Source: an uncultured delta proteobacterium (lineage in GTDB: Bacteria; Desulfobacterota; Binatia; UBA9968). Taken from it: a stretch of DNA of 64,000 nt. The position numbers and the translations under genes are program-made. The stretch's first letter is position 1. Every line of letters starts with the position of its first letter. The notes beneath the pieces are model-generated. The model was not told the origin of the DNA. It searched no databases and saw nothing but the letters and a program-made list of their open reading frames with translations. Location: positions 1 through 64,000 of the forward strand of contig CAVTUQ010000036.1 in NCBI GenBank assembly GCA_963737905.1, in the 5' to 3' direction. Shown piece by piece: positions 32,196-42,690 of this stretch.

Positions 32196-33119
32196 ATGAA
32201 GATGCAAAGACACCGACTTTCCTTCATTGCAATTGCCGCGCTCTTTTTTGGGGTAAGCCTTGGCTCAAAGGCTCACGGCCAGGCACCCGGCCGAGTGGAA
32301 TCTCAAACGATCTCTTTAGGTATCGTCTCTCAAGTACATCAGAAGGAAATCGAAGCGCATTATCGCGATTTTGTAGGTTACGTGGCGCGCAAGCTTTCAT
32401 ACGAGGGCAAGGTAGTTATCGCTTCTACACCCCCCGAGCTTGCCAAGCTTCTTGGACAGCATAAAGTCGACTTTTACATGGAGAGCGCCTATTCGACCTA
32501 TATCATCAACGATGTAGAGGGTGCCGCCAAGTTGCTCCTGAGGCGTTGGCAGAGAGGCAAGCCGGAATATCAAAGCCTCATTTTTGCCAAAAGAAACGGC
32601 GGAATAAACCATCTGGAAGACCTTCGCGGCAAGCTCATCGTTTTCGAGAATCCCGAATCAACTTCGGGCTATTTTCTGCCGAAGTTCTTCCTTTTGCGGA
32701 ACGGATTCAAGCTTTCGGAGAGAAGCCGATTGGAAGCGGCGATTGCGCCGGGAGAGATCGGCTATGTTTTTGCCTTTTCTCAAGAGAAGCTCGTCGACTG
32801 GGTTCTGACAAACCAGGCGGCGGGTGGAGCCTTTAGCGATGACGACTACGCCAGGCTCGACGAAAAAACACAAGCAGACGTCAACGTGCTGGCACAGACG
32901 GATAGACTCCCGCGCCATCTCGTCTCCATCAGAAAAGATATGGCCCCGGCGTTGGCCGATCGCCTCAAGGCGATCTTGCTTTCGATGTCTGAAGACGACG
33001 AAGGCCGCAAGATCTTGCAAAAAACCGGCGAGACCACAAAGTTCGATATGCTGCCGGAAGGAGAGGAAGGGATGCGACGCAGGCTCCTGAACACCTTTTA
33101 CTCTCCAGCGAAAAAATAG
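32196..33119 (+). CDS. Phosphate/phosphonate-binding periplasmic protein (PhnD-like)
   Basis: YQSLIF, LEDLRGK...STSGYFLP. Confidence 0.85.
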   Translation: MKMQRHRLSFIAIAALFFGVSLGSKAHGQAPGRVESQTISLGIVSQVHQKEIEAHYRDFVGYVARKLSYEGKVVIASTPPELAKLLGQHKVDFYMESAYSTYIINDVEGAAKLLLRRWQRGKPEYQSLIFAKRNGGINHLEDLRGKLIVFENPESTSGYFLPKFFLLRNGFKLSERSRLEAAIAPGEIGYVFAFSQEKLVDWVLTNQAAGGAFSDDDYARLDEKTQADVNVLAQTDRLPRHLVSIRKDMAPALADRLKAILLSMSEDDEGRKILQKTGETTKFDMLPEGEEGMRRRLLNTFYSPAKK

Positions 33120-33194
33120 AAATTTGTTTGGCTCAGCCTTGGGTGGGTTGGCCTGCTGGCAGAATCAGCTCTTGAGTCCGTCTGGAGGAATTTG

Positions 33195-34310
33195 ATGGCT
33201 CTGTTTTTTCATTCCGACGAAGTTGATCAACGGATCCCGTTCAAGGAAGCCGTTCAGATCACCGAAGATGCATTGCGCGACATGGTGTCGCCCAAGGGCG
33301 TCAATGCGCCGCGCAAACGATTGAATCTACACCGAGAGATTGGCGAAGCGAAATTTGACACGGTTCTCAACATCTACGCCGGCGGCTCCGCCGCATACGG
33401 CGCCATTGGCGCTCAGGTGGCGCTGCATCGCAAAGCGATTGTCGGCGACCAGCAACGCCGCCCGCCGTTCAATCCGGATCAAACTGAATTGGCGTTAATT
33501 TATGACGCGGATAACGGTTCGCTCCTGGGCGTTATGGCGCACCGGCCGCGCGATTCTACCGGGGTTGCGGATTTACGAACGCCAGCCTCGAGCCTGGCCG
33601 GTCTCGATCTCTTCGCGCGTCGGGATGCGCGCCGCGTCGGCATCTATGGTGCCGGCCAGCAGGCATGGGCGACATTCGCTGGGCTTTGCGAGTTGCGCAA
33701 AATCGAAAGCGCCAATGTTTACAGTCCCACTCCCGCGCACCGGGAGGGCTTTGCTAAAAAGAGCAGCGTCAAGACCGGCGTACCGGTGAAGGCAGTCGGC
33801 GCCCCGGAAATGGCGGCCAAGGATGTGGACATCATTCTCTGTATGACGAATACCAACGTGCCGGTAATCGATGGCTCGTGGCTTGAGCAAGGGCAATACA
33901 TCATTTCCGTCATCGGCAGCAATATCGAACTGGTCAAGAGCGGCGCTATCCCCGCACCGCGCAGAGAAATCGATGACGGTACGCTCAAACGCTGCGACTT
34001 TATCGTGGCACTATCGAAGGCTCAGGCCATCGACTCGCAGCAAGGCGATATCTATTGGCCGGTTCAAAACGGCGTCATCACCTGGGACAAGGTCGTCGAG
34101 ATCTCCGATGTCCTTGCCGGCGCGGCCAAAGGTCGAACCGACGACAACCAAATCATTCTCTACAAGAATCAGGGCGGCCAGGGGATCGTCGATATCGCGC
34201 TTGCGAAGAAGTGCTACGAACTGGCGAAGCAACATGGCAAAGGCTACGAGATGCGCATCTCAGCGAGGGAAAATTGGTGGGTGCAGGGAGGGCGGGCGGA
34301 GACATGGTAA
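33195..34310 (+). CDS. Ornithine cyclodeaminase / mu-crystallin family protein
   Basis: LRTPASS, GIYGAGQQA, GRTDDNQIILYK. Confidence 0.88.
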   Translation: MALFFHSDEVDQRIPFKEAVQITEDALRDMVSPKGVNAPRKRLNLHREIGEAKFDTVLNIYAGGSAAYGAIGAQVALHRKAIVGDQQRRPPFNPDQTELALIYDADNGSLLGVMAHRPRDSTGVADLRTPASSLAGLDLFARRDARRVGIYGAGQQAWATFAGLCELRKIESANVYSPTPAHREGFAKKSSVKTGVPVKAVGAPEMAAKDVDIILCMTNTNVPVIDGSWLEQGQYIISVIGSNIELVKSGAIPAPRREIDDGTLKRCDFIVALSKAQAIDSQQGDIYWPVQNGVITWDKVVEISDVLAGAAKGRTDDNQIILYKNQGGQGIVDIALAKKCYELAKQHGKGYEMRISARENWWVQGGRAETW

Positions 34311-34339
34311 GAATTTAACCGGCTTTCTCCACGTGCGCT

Positions 34340-35101
34340 TCAGCGGACGCCTTTCCGAGCGAGAAAATCTTTGAATCCCTCCCGCGGCGGGGTCGCTCTG
34401 AGATAGGTCTTGCGCGCGCTTTGCTCGTTGTCGTAGCGTCCGCGCCAATCCATGCCGATGTCTTCATGTAGCAGCCGTTTGATGCCCTGCACCATGCGGG
34501 AGTTGCTCTTGCTGATGAGCTGGGCCATCTGAAGCGACGCCTCGCGCAGCTCAGCGCAGGGTACGAGTTGATTGAGCAAGCCGATTCGTTCGGCTTCTTC
34601 CGCTTTGACGAGCCGTCCGGTGTAAAGGAGTTCCTTGGCTTTTGGCAACCCCACTACCAGCGGCAACGACCAGGTGGAGTTGGCGCGGCCGTATTTTGCC
34701 GCAAGGAACTGGAACTCGGCGTGCTCGCAGCCGATTCGAATATCCAACATCGAAGTAAGCAGGGCACCGGCGCCGTAGGCCAGCCCGTTGATGGCGCCGA
34801 TGATCGGCTTCGGGAAAGTGGCGAGGTGCCAGGTAGCCTGGCTGCGGACTTCGCTGCGCGCCGCCAACTCCTCGGGAGTGGATTTAACCAGTTGATGGAT
34901 ATCGCCGCCAGCCGAAAATGCCCTTGGCCCGGCGCCGGTCAGAACCACCACGCTCACGGCATCGTCCTGCTCAATCTTTGTGAGCTCTTGATCGATCTCG
35001 CAGGCCAGTTCGTAGTTAAGAGCGTTTAACTTTTCCGGACGGTTCAGCGTGATCAGGGTAGTCATATCTATGCGTTCGGTCAAAATGTTACTGTAGCTCA
35101 T
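34340..35101 (-). CDS. Enoyl-CoA hydratase/isomerase family protein
   Basis: ITLNRPEKLNAL, AFSAGGDI, PKPIIGAING. Confidence 0.92.
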   Translation of the reverse strand: MSYSNILTERIDMTTLITLNRPEKLNALNYELACEIDQELTKIEQDDAVSVVVLTGAGPRAFSAGGDIHQLVKSTPEELAARSEVRSQATWHLATFPKPIIGAINGLAYGAGALLTSMLDIRIGCEHAEFQFLAAKYGRANSTWSLPLVVGLPKAKELLYTGRLVKAEEAERIGLLNQLVPCAELREASLQMAQLISKSNSRMVQGIKRLLHEDIGMDWRGRYDNEQSARKTYLRATPPREGFKDFLARKGVR

Positions 35102-35228
35102 GGTATTCTCCCTTGGCTGCGCATTACAACAGAAAAGCGTTCGCGGTGCAATTATGAAAGCTTGTCGCTGACTTTAGTTTGACAGCCGATAGCTTTCTGA
35201 TTATACGGCGAGGAGGGTAAAAGAGGAT

Positions 35229-36375
35229 ATGGAAATTCGCCACGGATTGATCAGCGCGGACTCGCACGTGGTCACGGATAGGAACGCCTTTGTCGAGAGG
35301 ATGTCCAAGTCGAAGTGGGGCGATCGCATTCCTCAGGTCGTTGAAGTCGACCACAAAGGGCAAACGGTTCATCGCTGGGCGGTGAACGGGAAGTCTTTGG
35401 GCGGCCGCGGCGTGTGCAATTGTCCCGCGGTCATGGGGGATCCATTGCGCAACAGTTATCCGCAGCGCTGGGAAGACGTTCCGGCCAAGGCCTATGTGCC
35501 GGGCGAGCGACTCAAGGCTCTCGACGCCGACGGTATCGACGCGGAGGCTCTATTCCCCAATGATCCCAGCTCGTTCCATCAATATGGCGACCCCGGATTC
35601 GAGCTTGACTGCGTGCGGGCTTACAACGATTCGATGGCTGAATGGTACAAGGCGAGCGATCGTTTTGTTCCCCTGGCGATGGTGCCGATCCTCGGCGGGA
35701 TGGACACGGCGGTTGCGGAGGTTGAGCGCGCGGCCGAGCATCGGCCATCGAGGCATTGTCATGCTTGCGCTGCCAGGCCTGCTGGTCAAAGAACTGCCGC
35801 ATATCAGCGATCCCTACTGGTATCCGTTGTGGGAAGCTTGTCAAAATACCGCAATGCCGATTCATTTTCATGCATCGGCCGGCCTGGCCAGAAAGATGAC
35901 TTTCCCCGAGTGGGAAGGCTATTCGCCGTACCAGCAACACGCGGCGTTCACAGTGCCCACTGCGGCATGGCCCGCGCAAATAATCCCCAACATTATCTTT
36001 TCGGGAATTGCTTATCGGTTTCCGCGATTGAAATGGGTTTTTGCGGAGACCGGGATTGGTGCGGTGAGTTGCGCGCAAACCGCCTGCGATCACGAGTGGG
36101 AGAGCCGTCAGTTGTGGCGGCACGGTCTGGAGCAGCCCCCAAGCGAGCTGATTCGCCGGCAGGTTTTCGTGAATTTCTGGTACGAACAAGCGGGCATCGG
36201 GCTCCGATATGAAATCGGCCTGGACAACATCATGTGGGAGTCGGATTATCCGCACATCGCTTCAACTTATCCCGACTCATGGAGGTTCGTCGAGCGTTCA
36301 TTGCAAGGCGTGCCGGAGCACGAGCGCAAGAAGATGTTGTATCTCAATGCGCAAGCTTTATATCGGCTTACGTAA
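35229..36375 (+). CDS. Amidohydrolase_2 family protein, frameshift near 35740
   Basis: ISADSHV in the first frame; FPRLKWVFAE and MWESDYPH in the second. Confidence 0.85.
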
Positions 36376-36445
36376 GGTCAATGAACGCAGAACCACAACT
36401 CTGTCTGCACAGTGAAGTAGCTACTAAAGGATGTGGTTGTCTCGT

Positions 36446-36531
36446 CCTCTCTCCCCAAGGCGGGAGAGAGTTAGAGTGAGGGGGGAAAATATCAGGCACT
36501 CTCACCTTTATCTCTCCCGTCGAGGGAGAGG
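36446..36531. repeat. BoxC-like double-hairpin repeat (CTCTCCC...GGGAGAG)
   Basis: Two CTCTCCC/GGGAGAG hairpins with TTAGAGTGAGGG / CTCTCACCTTTA arms. Confidence 0.7.
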
Positions 36532-36592
36532 AAATAGAGAAGACTTCCGGTGCTAGCCGATCTGGATAAATGCACCTAAGGATTTGAGTTTC

Positions 36593-37729
36593 ATGCAAAC
36601 CGAACGCTTCATCAGTACTGTGGATCATGTTGTGGAGCATCCGGAGGTTTGGACCCAGCGTCTCTCGAACTCGAAATGGGGTGAACGCATACCGCACATC
36701 GAACGTTCATCGGATGAATGCGACTCCTGGGTTGTGGATGGCCGAAATATACCGCTGGCAGACATCGCTCAGATGGGCGCATTGATGGTCGATCGTGTGG
36801 ATGTGCCGAAGCATTGGGAAGACGTGCCTCAGACAGCGTATGTTCCGGCGGAGCGTCTGAAGGCGATGGATGCTGATGGCGTCGCTCGCTCCGTTCTCTA
36901 TCCCACGTTCCCCGGCTTTGCCGGCGAGACATTCGGCGCCTTGACGGATCCGGATCTGGAACTCGCCTGTGTGCAGGCGTACAACGACTGGCTCATCGAC
37001 GAATGGGGCTCCTACAGTGACCGTTTTATACCTCAATGCATCGTCCCGCTCGGACCGGTTGAAGCGGCGGTTGGGGAGATAAAGCGGGCCATTGGCCGAG
37101 GACACAAAGGCGTTGTGTTTCCCGCCGCGCCGATGAATCTGCGGAAAGTTCCACACATCAACGGTCCAGAGTACGATTCAATCTGGGCGACTTGCCAGGA
37201 TCTCGATGTCCCCCTGTGCTTTCCTGCCGGGTCATCACCCAATCTGCAGTTTCCCTTGGCGCCCAATTTGTCTCCAGAGCTGGCCGCTGCATTGCAGTCA
37301 GTAACGCGGCCGGCCAGCGCCGTCTTCGATCTCGTGAACTTGCTGTTTTCCCGGATTCTCTTGCGCTTTCCGAAATTGAACGTAGTCTTTGCTGAAAGCA
37401 CGATCGGTTGGGGAACGTTTATCCTGGAGTACGCCGACCATCAGTACGAACAAGACCATTGCGATTATGAGTTGAAACCTTCTGAGATGTTCAGGCGACA
37501 GTGCTATCTGACGGCATGGTACGATCCGGTCAAAATCAACGCCCGCCACATCGGGACGGATAGAATCATGTGGGCGACGAACTTTCCCACCGCGAACTCC
37601 ACTTGGCCCGATAGTCAGACTTTTATCGAAAAGTGTATGGCAGGAATGAGCGAGGAAGAGCGAATTCAAATCCTGTGGGAAAATGCAGCGAAGCTCTACA
37701 AGTTAGAAGGGACAGGAGTGCTGGAGTAA
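36593..37729 (+). CDS. Amidohydrolase_2 family protein
   Basis: ISTVDHVVE, FPKLNVVFAE, MWATNFP; paralogue of the upstream gene. Confidence 0.88.
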   Translation: MQTERFISTVDHVVEHPEVWTQRLSNSKWGERIPHIERSSDECDSWVVDGRNIPLADIAQMGALMVDRVDVPKHWEDVPQTAYVPAERLKAMDADGVARSVLYPTFPGFAGETFGALTDPDLELACVQAYNDWLIDEWGSYSDRFIPQCIVPLGPVEAAVGEIKRAIGRGHKGVVFPAAPMNLRKVPHINGPEYDSIWATCQDLDVPLCFPAGSSPNLQFPLAPNLSPELAAALQSVTRPASAVFDLVNLLFSRILLRFPKLNVVFAESTIGWGTFILEYADHQYEQDHCDYELKPSEMFRRQCYLTAWYDPVKINARHIGTDRIMWATNFPTANSTWPDSQTFIEKCMAGMSEEERIQILWENAAKLYKLEGTGVLE

Positions 37730-37775
37730 TGGAGTATTGGGATTCTCATCACTCCACCATTCCAATATTCCATTT
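37715..37775. repeat. Intergenic palindromic repeat (GGAGTAATGGAGTATTGG...CACTCCACCATTCCAATATTCC)
   Basis: Octamer-like units on each arm of a hairpin. Confidence 0.7.
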
Positions 37776-37815
37776 CCGATAACTTGGAAAAATGTCGGTG
37801 AAAAAAGGAGTAGCA

Positions 37816-39231
37816 ATGCAATACACAGATCTGCGGGATTGGATTCAAAAGGTAGACGAACTCGGAGAGCTTCGACGGGTCGAGGGGGCGGATTGGAACC
37901 TCGAGATGGGTGCTATCACCGAGGTCTATGCGCGCAACGAACCTTATCCGGCCATTCTGTTCGACAAGATCAAAGACTACCCAGAGGGGCGCCGGGTGCT
38001 GATCGGCGTCCACCACATGTCTTTGAAGCGACAATTGCTGACCTTGAATATGCCGCTGGATTATAACCGGATGCAGTTCATTCAAACCTGCAGAGAGCGG
38101 CTCGATCATCCCCATAACATCCCGCCAAGAGTCGTGAAAACGGGTCCGGTGATGGAAAATGTCATGGAGGGGAAGGATATCGATCTGCTTTCGTTGCCCG
38201 TGCCGCGCTGGCACGAAGACGATGGCGGGAGATATTTAGGCACAGCCCACGTCGTGATCACCCGCGATATCGACGAAGGCTGGGTCAACCTCGGCTGTTA
38301 TCGCGTCATGGTGCACGATCGCGATACCCTCGCCTTGTATATTTCCCCGGGAAAGCATGGGCGGATCATGCGCCAAAAGTATTTCGATCAGGGTCGATCC
38401 TTTCCCGTGGCCATCAGCTTCGGTGACGATCCGCTGTTAGTTATGACTGCGGGAAAGCAGATCGGGTGGGGTGCCTCGGAGTACGACTATGCCGGCGGCA
38501 TCAGAGGAGAATCGTTTGACGTTGTCATCGGAAAGCATACCGGGCTGCCGATTCCAGCAAACTCTGAAATTACCATCGAAGGTGAAGTGCTACCCAATGA
38601 GCAGAAACGGGAAGGTCCCTACGGCGAGTGGACCGGTTACTATGCGAGCGGCGAGCGGTCGGAGCCGATTCTCAAGGTAAAGCGACTGATGCATCGAAAT
38701 GATCCAATCATGACTGCCGCGCCCTCTTCGCGTCCTCCCGGCGGTTCCGATGACGGGCTGCTGCGCTCCGCGTTTATCTGGGATCATCTGGAGAAAGCAG
38801 GTGTGCCGGACGTCAGAGGCGTCGCCTGTTACCAGGGAAGATTTTTTACCGCGGTATCGATCAAGCAGCGCTATCCAGGACATGCGAAGCAAGCGGCCAT
38901 GATCGCTGCCCAGTGCGGCACCGGCGCTTACCTGGGGCGATATGTCGTCGTTGTCGACGACGATGTCGATGTCTATGACATGAACGATGTGGTTTGGGCG
39001 ATGTGCACGCGCGTGGATCCCGTCAAGGACATGGATCTTATTCGCCGGGCTTGGAGCGGTCCATTGGATCCGATCATACCCAAGGATCAAAAAGGTTTTA
39101 GCTCGCGCGCCGTGATCGATGCAACCCGGCCCTACGAGTGGATGAAGGACTTTCCGCTGGCATCGGCTGCAAGTGCGGACCTCAAAAAGAAAGTGATCGA
39201 GAAGTACGACAAATACTTTCAAAAGAACTGA
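37816..39231 (+). CDS. UbiD-family (prFMN-dependent) decarboxylase
   Basis: DGGRYLGT, NLGCYR, EGPYGEWTGY, VVVVDDDVD. Confidence 0.93.
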   Translation: MQYTDLRDWIQKVDELGELRRVEGADWNLEMGAITEVYARNEPYPAILFDKIKDYPEGRRVLIGVHHMSLKRQLLTLNMPLDYNRMQFIQTCRERLDHPHNIPPRVVKTGPVMENVMEGKDIDLLSLPVPRWHEDDGGRYLGTAHVVITRDIDEGWVNLGCYRVMVHDRDTLALYISPGKHGRIMRQKYFDQGRSFPVAISFGDDPLLVMTAGKQIGWGASEYDYAGGIRGESFDVVIGKHTGLPIPANSEITIEGEVLPNEQKREGPYGEWTGYYASGERSEPILKVKRLMHRNDPIMTAAPSSRPPGGSDDGLLRSAFIWDHLEKAGVPDVRGVACYQGRFFTAVSIKQRYPGHAKQAAMIAAQCGTGAYLGRYVVVVDDDVDVYDMNDVVWAMCTRVDPVKDMDLIRRAWSGPLDPIIPKDQKGFSSRAVIDATRPYEWMKDFPLASAASADLKKKVIEKYDKYFQKN

Positions 39232-39241
39232 GAAGGTCCTT

Positions 39242-40219
39242 ATGAAGCGAAACTTTTATCTTCTGCTCATGCTCACGCTTTGGGCTTTCACGCTTCCGTT
39301 TGAGAGCGCGACTGCGCAGACGGTGGTGCGGATCGGCTACAGCGGGGGTGGCACAGCGAAGAATCTGCACAAAACCATCGAGAAGGCGGGGTTGTGGAAA
39401 AAGCGCGGCCTGGACGTCAGGCTTATTTATTTCACCAGCGGCGCGACGATGGCTCAAGCCATGGTCGGCGGCGATATAGATATAGCGGATTCGGACGTTC
39501 CAGCCATGCTCAACGCGGTTACCGCGGGAGTGTTGGATGGAAAACTGATCACCGTCTATGTCAATCGATTTCCATTTGCTTTCGTGGCGCGGAGCGAGAT
39601 CAAGAGCCCCGAGGAACTTCGAGGCAAGCGGTTGGCCATCAGTCGATTTGGCTCATCGTCCGACGTGACCACCCGAATGCTGCTCAAGTATTGGAACTTG
39701 GACCCAGACAAGGATGTGCGAATTCTGCAAGTCGCGGGACCCACGCGTCTGCCGGCAATCATGAGCGGCCAAATCGATGGCACGCTGGTCGGCACCTATG
39801 ATGTCCCCCAGATTCTCGAATCCGGATGTTGCCGGGTGCTGGTGGACATGCTGGAGTTGCCGCTGGAATATGCTCGCTTTGGTCAGGTGGTGCCAACGCA
39901 GCTGCTAAAGACCCGACGCGAGGTTTTGTTAAAGTTTGTTGAAGGCCTGGTGGAAGGAATCTATGTATTCAAAACCAATCGGGAGTTGGCGCTCTCGGTT
40001 CTCAAGCAAGAAGGGATCAAGAGCCCGCAGTATGGCTATGAAAGAGTAGCAGCGAGCCTGCGCGAAAAACCCGTGCCGGAGCCCAAGGGCGTGCAAGCCG
40101 TTTTGGATTCCGTCAAAACGCCGAAGTCCAAGATCACTCTGGCCAAAGACGCAATGGACACAAGTCTGATAGACGAGATTGACAGGAGCGGCTACATCGC
40201 CAGGCTGTACGGCAAATAG
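39242..40219 (+). CDS. ABC substrate-binding protein (NitT/TauT)
   Basis: VRIGYS, ELRGKRLAISRFGSSSD. Confidence 0.88.
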   Translation: MKRNFYLLLMLTLWAFTLPFESATAQTVVRIGYSGGGTAKNLHKTIEKAGLWKKRGLDVRLIYFTSGATMAQAMVGGDIDIADSDVPAMLNAVTAGVLDGKLITVYVNRFPFAFVARSEIKSPEELRGKRLAISRFGSSSDVTTRMLLKYWNLDPDKDVRILQVAGPTRLPAIMSGQIDGTLVGTYDVPQILESGCCRVLVDMLELPLEYARFGQVVPTQLLKTRREVLLKFVEGLVEGIYVFKTNRELALSVLKQEGIKSPQYGYERVAASLREKPVPEPKGVQAVLDSVKTPKSKITLAKDAMDTSLIDEIDRSGYIARLYGK

Positions 40220-40326
40220 GATTTCAAAGTCGCCCGGCATAGGAGTTGGGTCCGCGATCAAAGCGACGCGAACATCTTGAGGTATTGCGGTATCGCCGTC
40301 CGAGACTTCACCTTGAGCAGACCGCA

Positions 40327-40434
40327 GTGATCACCGAAGCTGATACCTGCCGGAAATACGTTTTACCGAAGCTCTATGCAGCCGGCTGGAACGACGATTA
40401 GATCAACGAACAGAAGAGTTTCACCGATGGCCGA
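40327..40434 (+). pseudogene. hsdR: Type I restriction subunit R N-terminal fragment (EcoAI-like)
   Basis: GTG-ITEADTCRKYVLPKLYAAGWNDD*INEQKSFTDGR; premature TAG at 40399-40401. Confidence 0.7.
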
Positions 40435-41036
40435 GCGGCGACTGTTTCGAAACTTGCTGACCGAATGCGTGAGGATCTGAGGACGGACAGCGATGATCGT
40501 TTTGTCTATCGCGTTACTGAGGGAAACGAAGAAGAACTTCCTACTCAAGGTGTCAAAAGTTATCGTTTCGCAATCGAAGCAAGGCTTGACGGTCGAATCT
40601 TCGAGCGAATCACGGTTGATGTGGGCGTAGGCGACCCGCTCATTCCGCCTCTGGAGGAAATCGAAGCTAGCGATCTGCTATCGTTTGCTGGGATTTCAGT
40701 TCCGAAGATTTGGGTTACCTCAAGCGCCCAACATTTCGCAGAAAAGGTGCATGCTCTGACACGTCCATTCAACGATCGACTCAATACACGAGTGAAAGAC
40801 TTGGCGGATCTCATGCTTTTTGCAGAGCACGGCCTCCCGAGGGCGGCCGATGTTAAAGTTGCCGTGAAGGAGATTTTCGGAAGCAGAAAGACCCACGAAA
40901 TCCCTGCAAACATTGAAATTCCGCCGGCTACGTGGGCTATGTCCTATTCCGCGATGGCTTCACAACTAAATCTAAGGCGCAAACGATCGAAGCTGCCACC
41001 TCCCGCCTCAATGATTATTGGAAAATAGTTCTCTGA
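40435..41036 (+). pseudogene. AbiEii-family nucleotidyltransferase toxin, N-terminally truncated
   Basis: VDVGVGD, QHFAEKVHA, TRVKDLADL; the LKGG motif region is absent; indel near the 3' end. Confidence 0.75.
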
Positions 41037-41046
41037 AGGAGAGTCA

Positions 41047-41292
41047 GTGGCCCGAACTCAAAAATCCACACAAACCCTGACCACTGCGCAGCGGCTTTCC
41101 TCCATCGTGAAGTCATGCCGCGACATCATGCGGAAAGACAAAGGGCTCAATGGTGACCTCGACCGTTTACCCATGCTCACCTGGGTGAAGTTTTTGAGGT
41201 TTCTCGACGACATCGCTCAGGGTGACTCAAGGATCGCGGGAGAAGTGGGAGGTTATCGAGTGAGTCAGTTGGCTGCACACAAGAGAGACTAA
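41047..41292 (+). pseudogene. hsdM: Type I methyltransferase subunit M N-terminal fragment
   Basis: TTAQRLSSIVKSCRDIMRKDKGLNGDLDRLPMLTW.KFLRFLDD followed by unrelated sequence. Confidence 0.8.
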
Positions 41293-41293
41293 G

Positions 41294-41791
41294 ATGTTTC
41301 GTCGTGTCGATCTTCCCACGGGAGTTCCTGGGAGACTGCTACTCCACAGCATGCCGGGCCGCTATGAAGCGATCGAGAGCGTGTGGAATCAGGTGCGGAA
41401 CGAAGCGATCCGCGTCATCGTGTGTTTAGCTGAGAAGGACGAGCTCCAAGAAAAATCCTCGGAATACGCACAAGCACTCGAAGCCGGCACTGTCCCTTGT
41501 TTGGTGCATTCTTTCGAGATTCCTGACCGTAGCGTACCCGAGGACCGGGATGGTTTCTGGGCGCTTGCAGGCGAGGTAGCCAAGCGATTGCAATCTGGGG
41601 AAGCCGTGTTGATCCACTGCGCGGGAGGTGTCGGCCGCACCGCGACGCTTGCCGTTTGTGTGCTGCTCGCGCTGGGTGAACCGGTTAGCAACGCACGGAG
41701 CGTCGTCTCGCGGGCGGGGTCGACGGTTGAAACAACGCCGCAGAGTAAACTCATTTCGTGGTGCGCTTCGCAAGTGAGTATCAAAGCGTGA
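41294..41791 (+). CDS. Dual-specificity/tyrosine phosphatase family protein
   Basis: CX5R motif IHCAGGVGRT; VET..Q. Confidence 0.88.
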   Translation: MFRRVDLPTGVPGRLLLHSMPGRYEAIESVWNQVRNEAIRVIVCLAEKDELQEKSSEYAQALEAGTVPCLVHSFEIPDRSVPEDRDGFWALAGEVAKRLQSGEAVLIHCAGGVGRTATLAVCVLLALGEPVSNARSVVSRAGSTVETTPQSKLISWCASQVSIKA

Positions 41792-41844
41792 TACCGGGGA
41801 AAAGGCAAAGGGGGACATCCCGTTGGGTGTCAACTCATGTTTTC

Positions 41845-42486
41845 CTAACGGTTGTCCCTGCCGTTGCTATCGCGGGATCTGGCCTGGGCTTCCTGGCGCC
41901 GGGCTAGATCGCTTTCCTGCTCCATCCGTATTCCCAACCATTCGGTGTCGGCGATGAGGGTTTGCCAGTCGAGATCTTTGCCGGAGATCATCGCCAGGTC
42001 ACTTTCAATTGCCGAACGCATCGATCTACCCGGATCCCAATACTGTCCAATGGAATATCGCTGGGCTTGATTAATGTAGTCCAGAAAATTGTTGATGCCG
42101 CGCATCCCGCTTTCGATTTCCTTTAGGCCGCGTTGTCGATCGCCTTCGCGAACGAGGGTCAGACCCAAATAGAGCCTGGCGATATCTTCTTCTCGATTGG
42201 CGGCCAGCGCACGCTCCAAGGTTTGCCGGGCTTGGGGAAGCCTGCCGGTCAGATACTCCGATCGTCCGACATAACTCCAAACGCTTTGCTTCGGGGAGCT
42301 TCCAGTCGTATACACATAATTGGGGTCTTTCTGAGCGGCGCTGTAAAAATAGCCCAGGGCAGTCTCGTTGCTGCCCTTAAGCAAAGCCTGCCGCCCGTAC
42401 TGTACTTCGCCTGCTACCTGGAGGCTCGTGCATCCCGCGACGAAAACAAGCAATGAGAACAATGCCGATGAGCATTTTGTTTTCAT
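41845..42486 (-). CDS. TPR-containing lipoprotein
   Basis: Lipobox VAGC; TPR-like helices (ARLYLGLTL). Confidence 0.7.
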   Translation of the reverse strand: MKTKCSSALFSLLVFVAGCTSLQVAGEVQYGRQALLKGSNETALGYFYSAAQKDPNYVYTTGSSPKQSVWSYVGRSEYLTGRLPQARQTLERALAANREEDIARLYLGLTLVREGDRQRGLKEIESGMRGINNFLDYINQAQRYSIGQYWDPGRSMRSAIESDLAMISGKDLDWQTLIADTEWLGIRMEQESDLARRQEAQARSRDSNGRDNR

Positions 42487-42690
42487 AGCGTCCTCCATCT
42501 TGTACCGCGCTCGAGCGGAAAGCTGCGCTGCTAGAAGCTCAGACTGCACGGTTTTATGTGTCGAACGTCGAGGATGCCAAGACAATTCTAACGGTCCATA
42601 TTCCAAAACATAGCGAAGAATTTGGGCGGGAACAATGGAGTCTTTACACTTGACTCAATAGCGTGTGATTGTTCAGAAAGGGACGTGATA

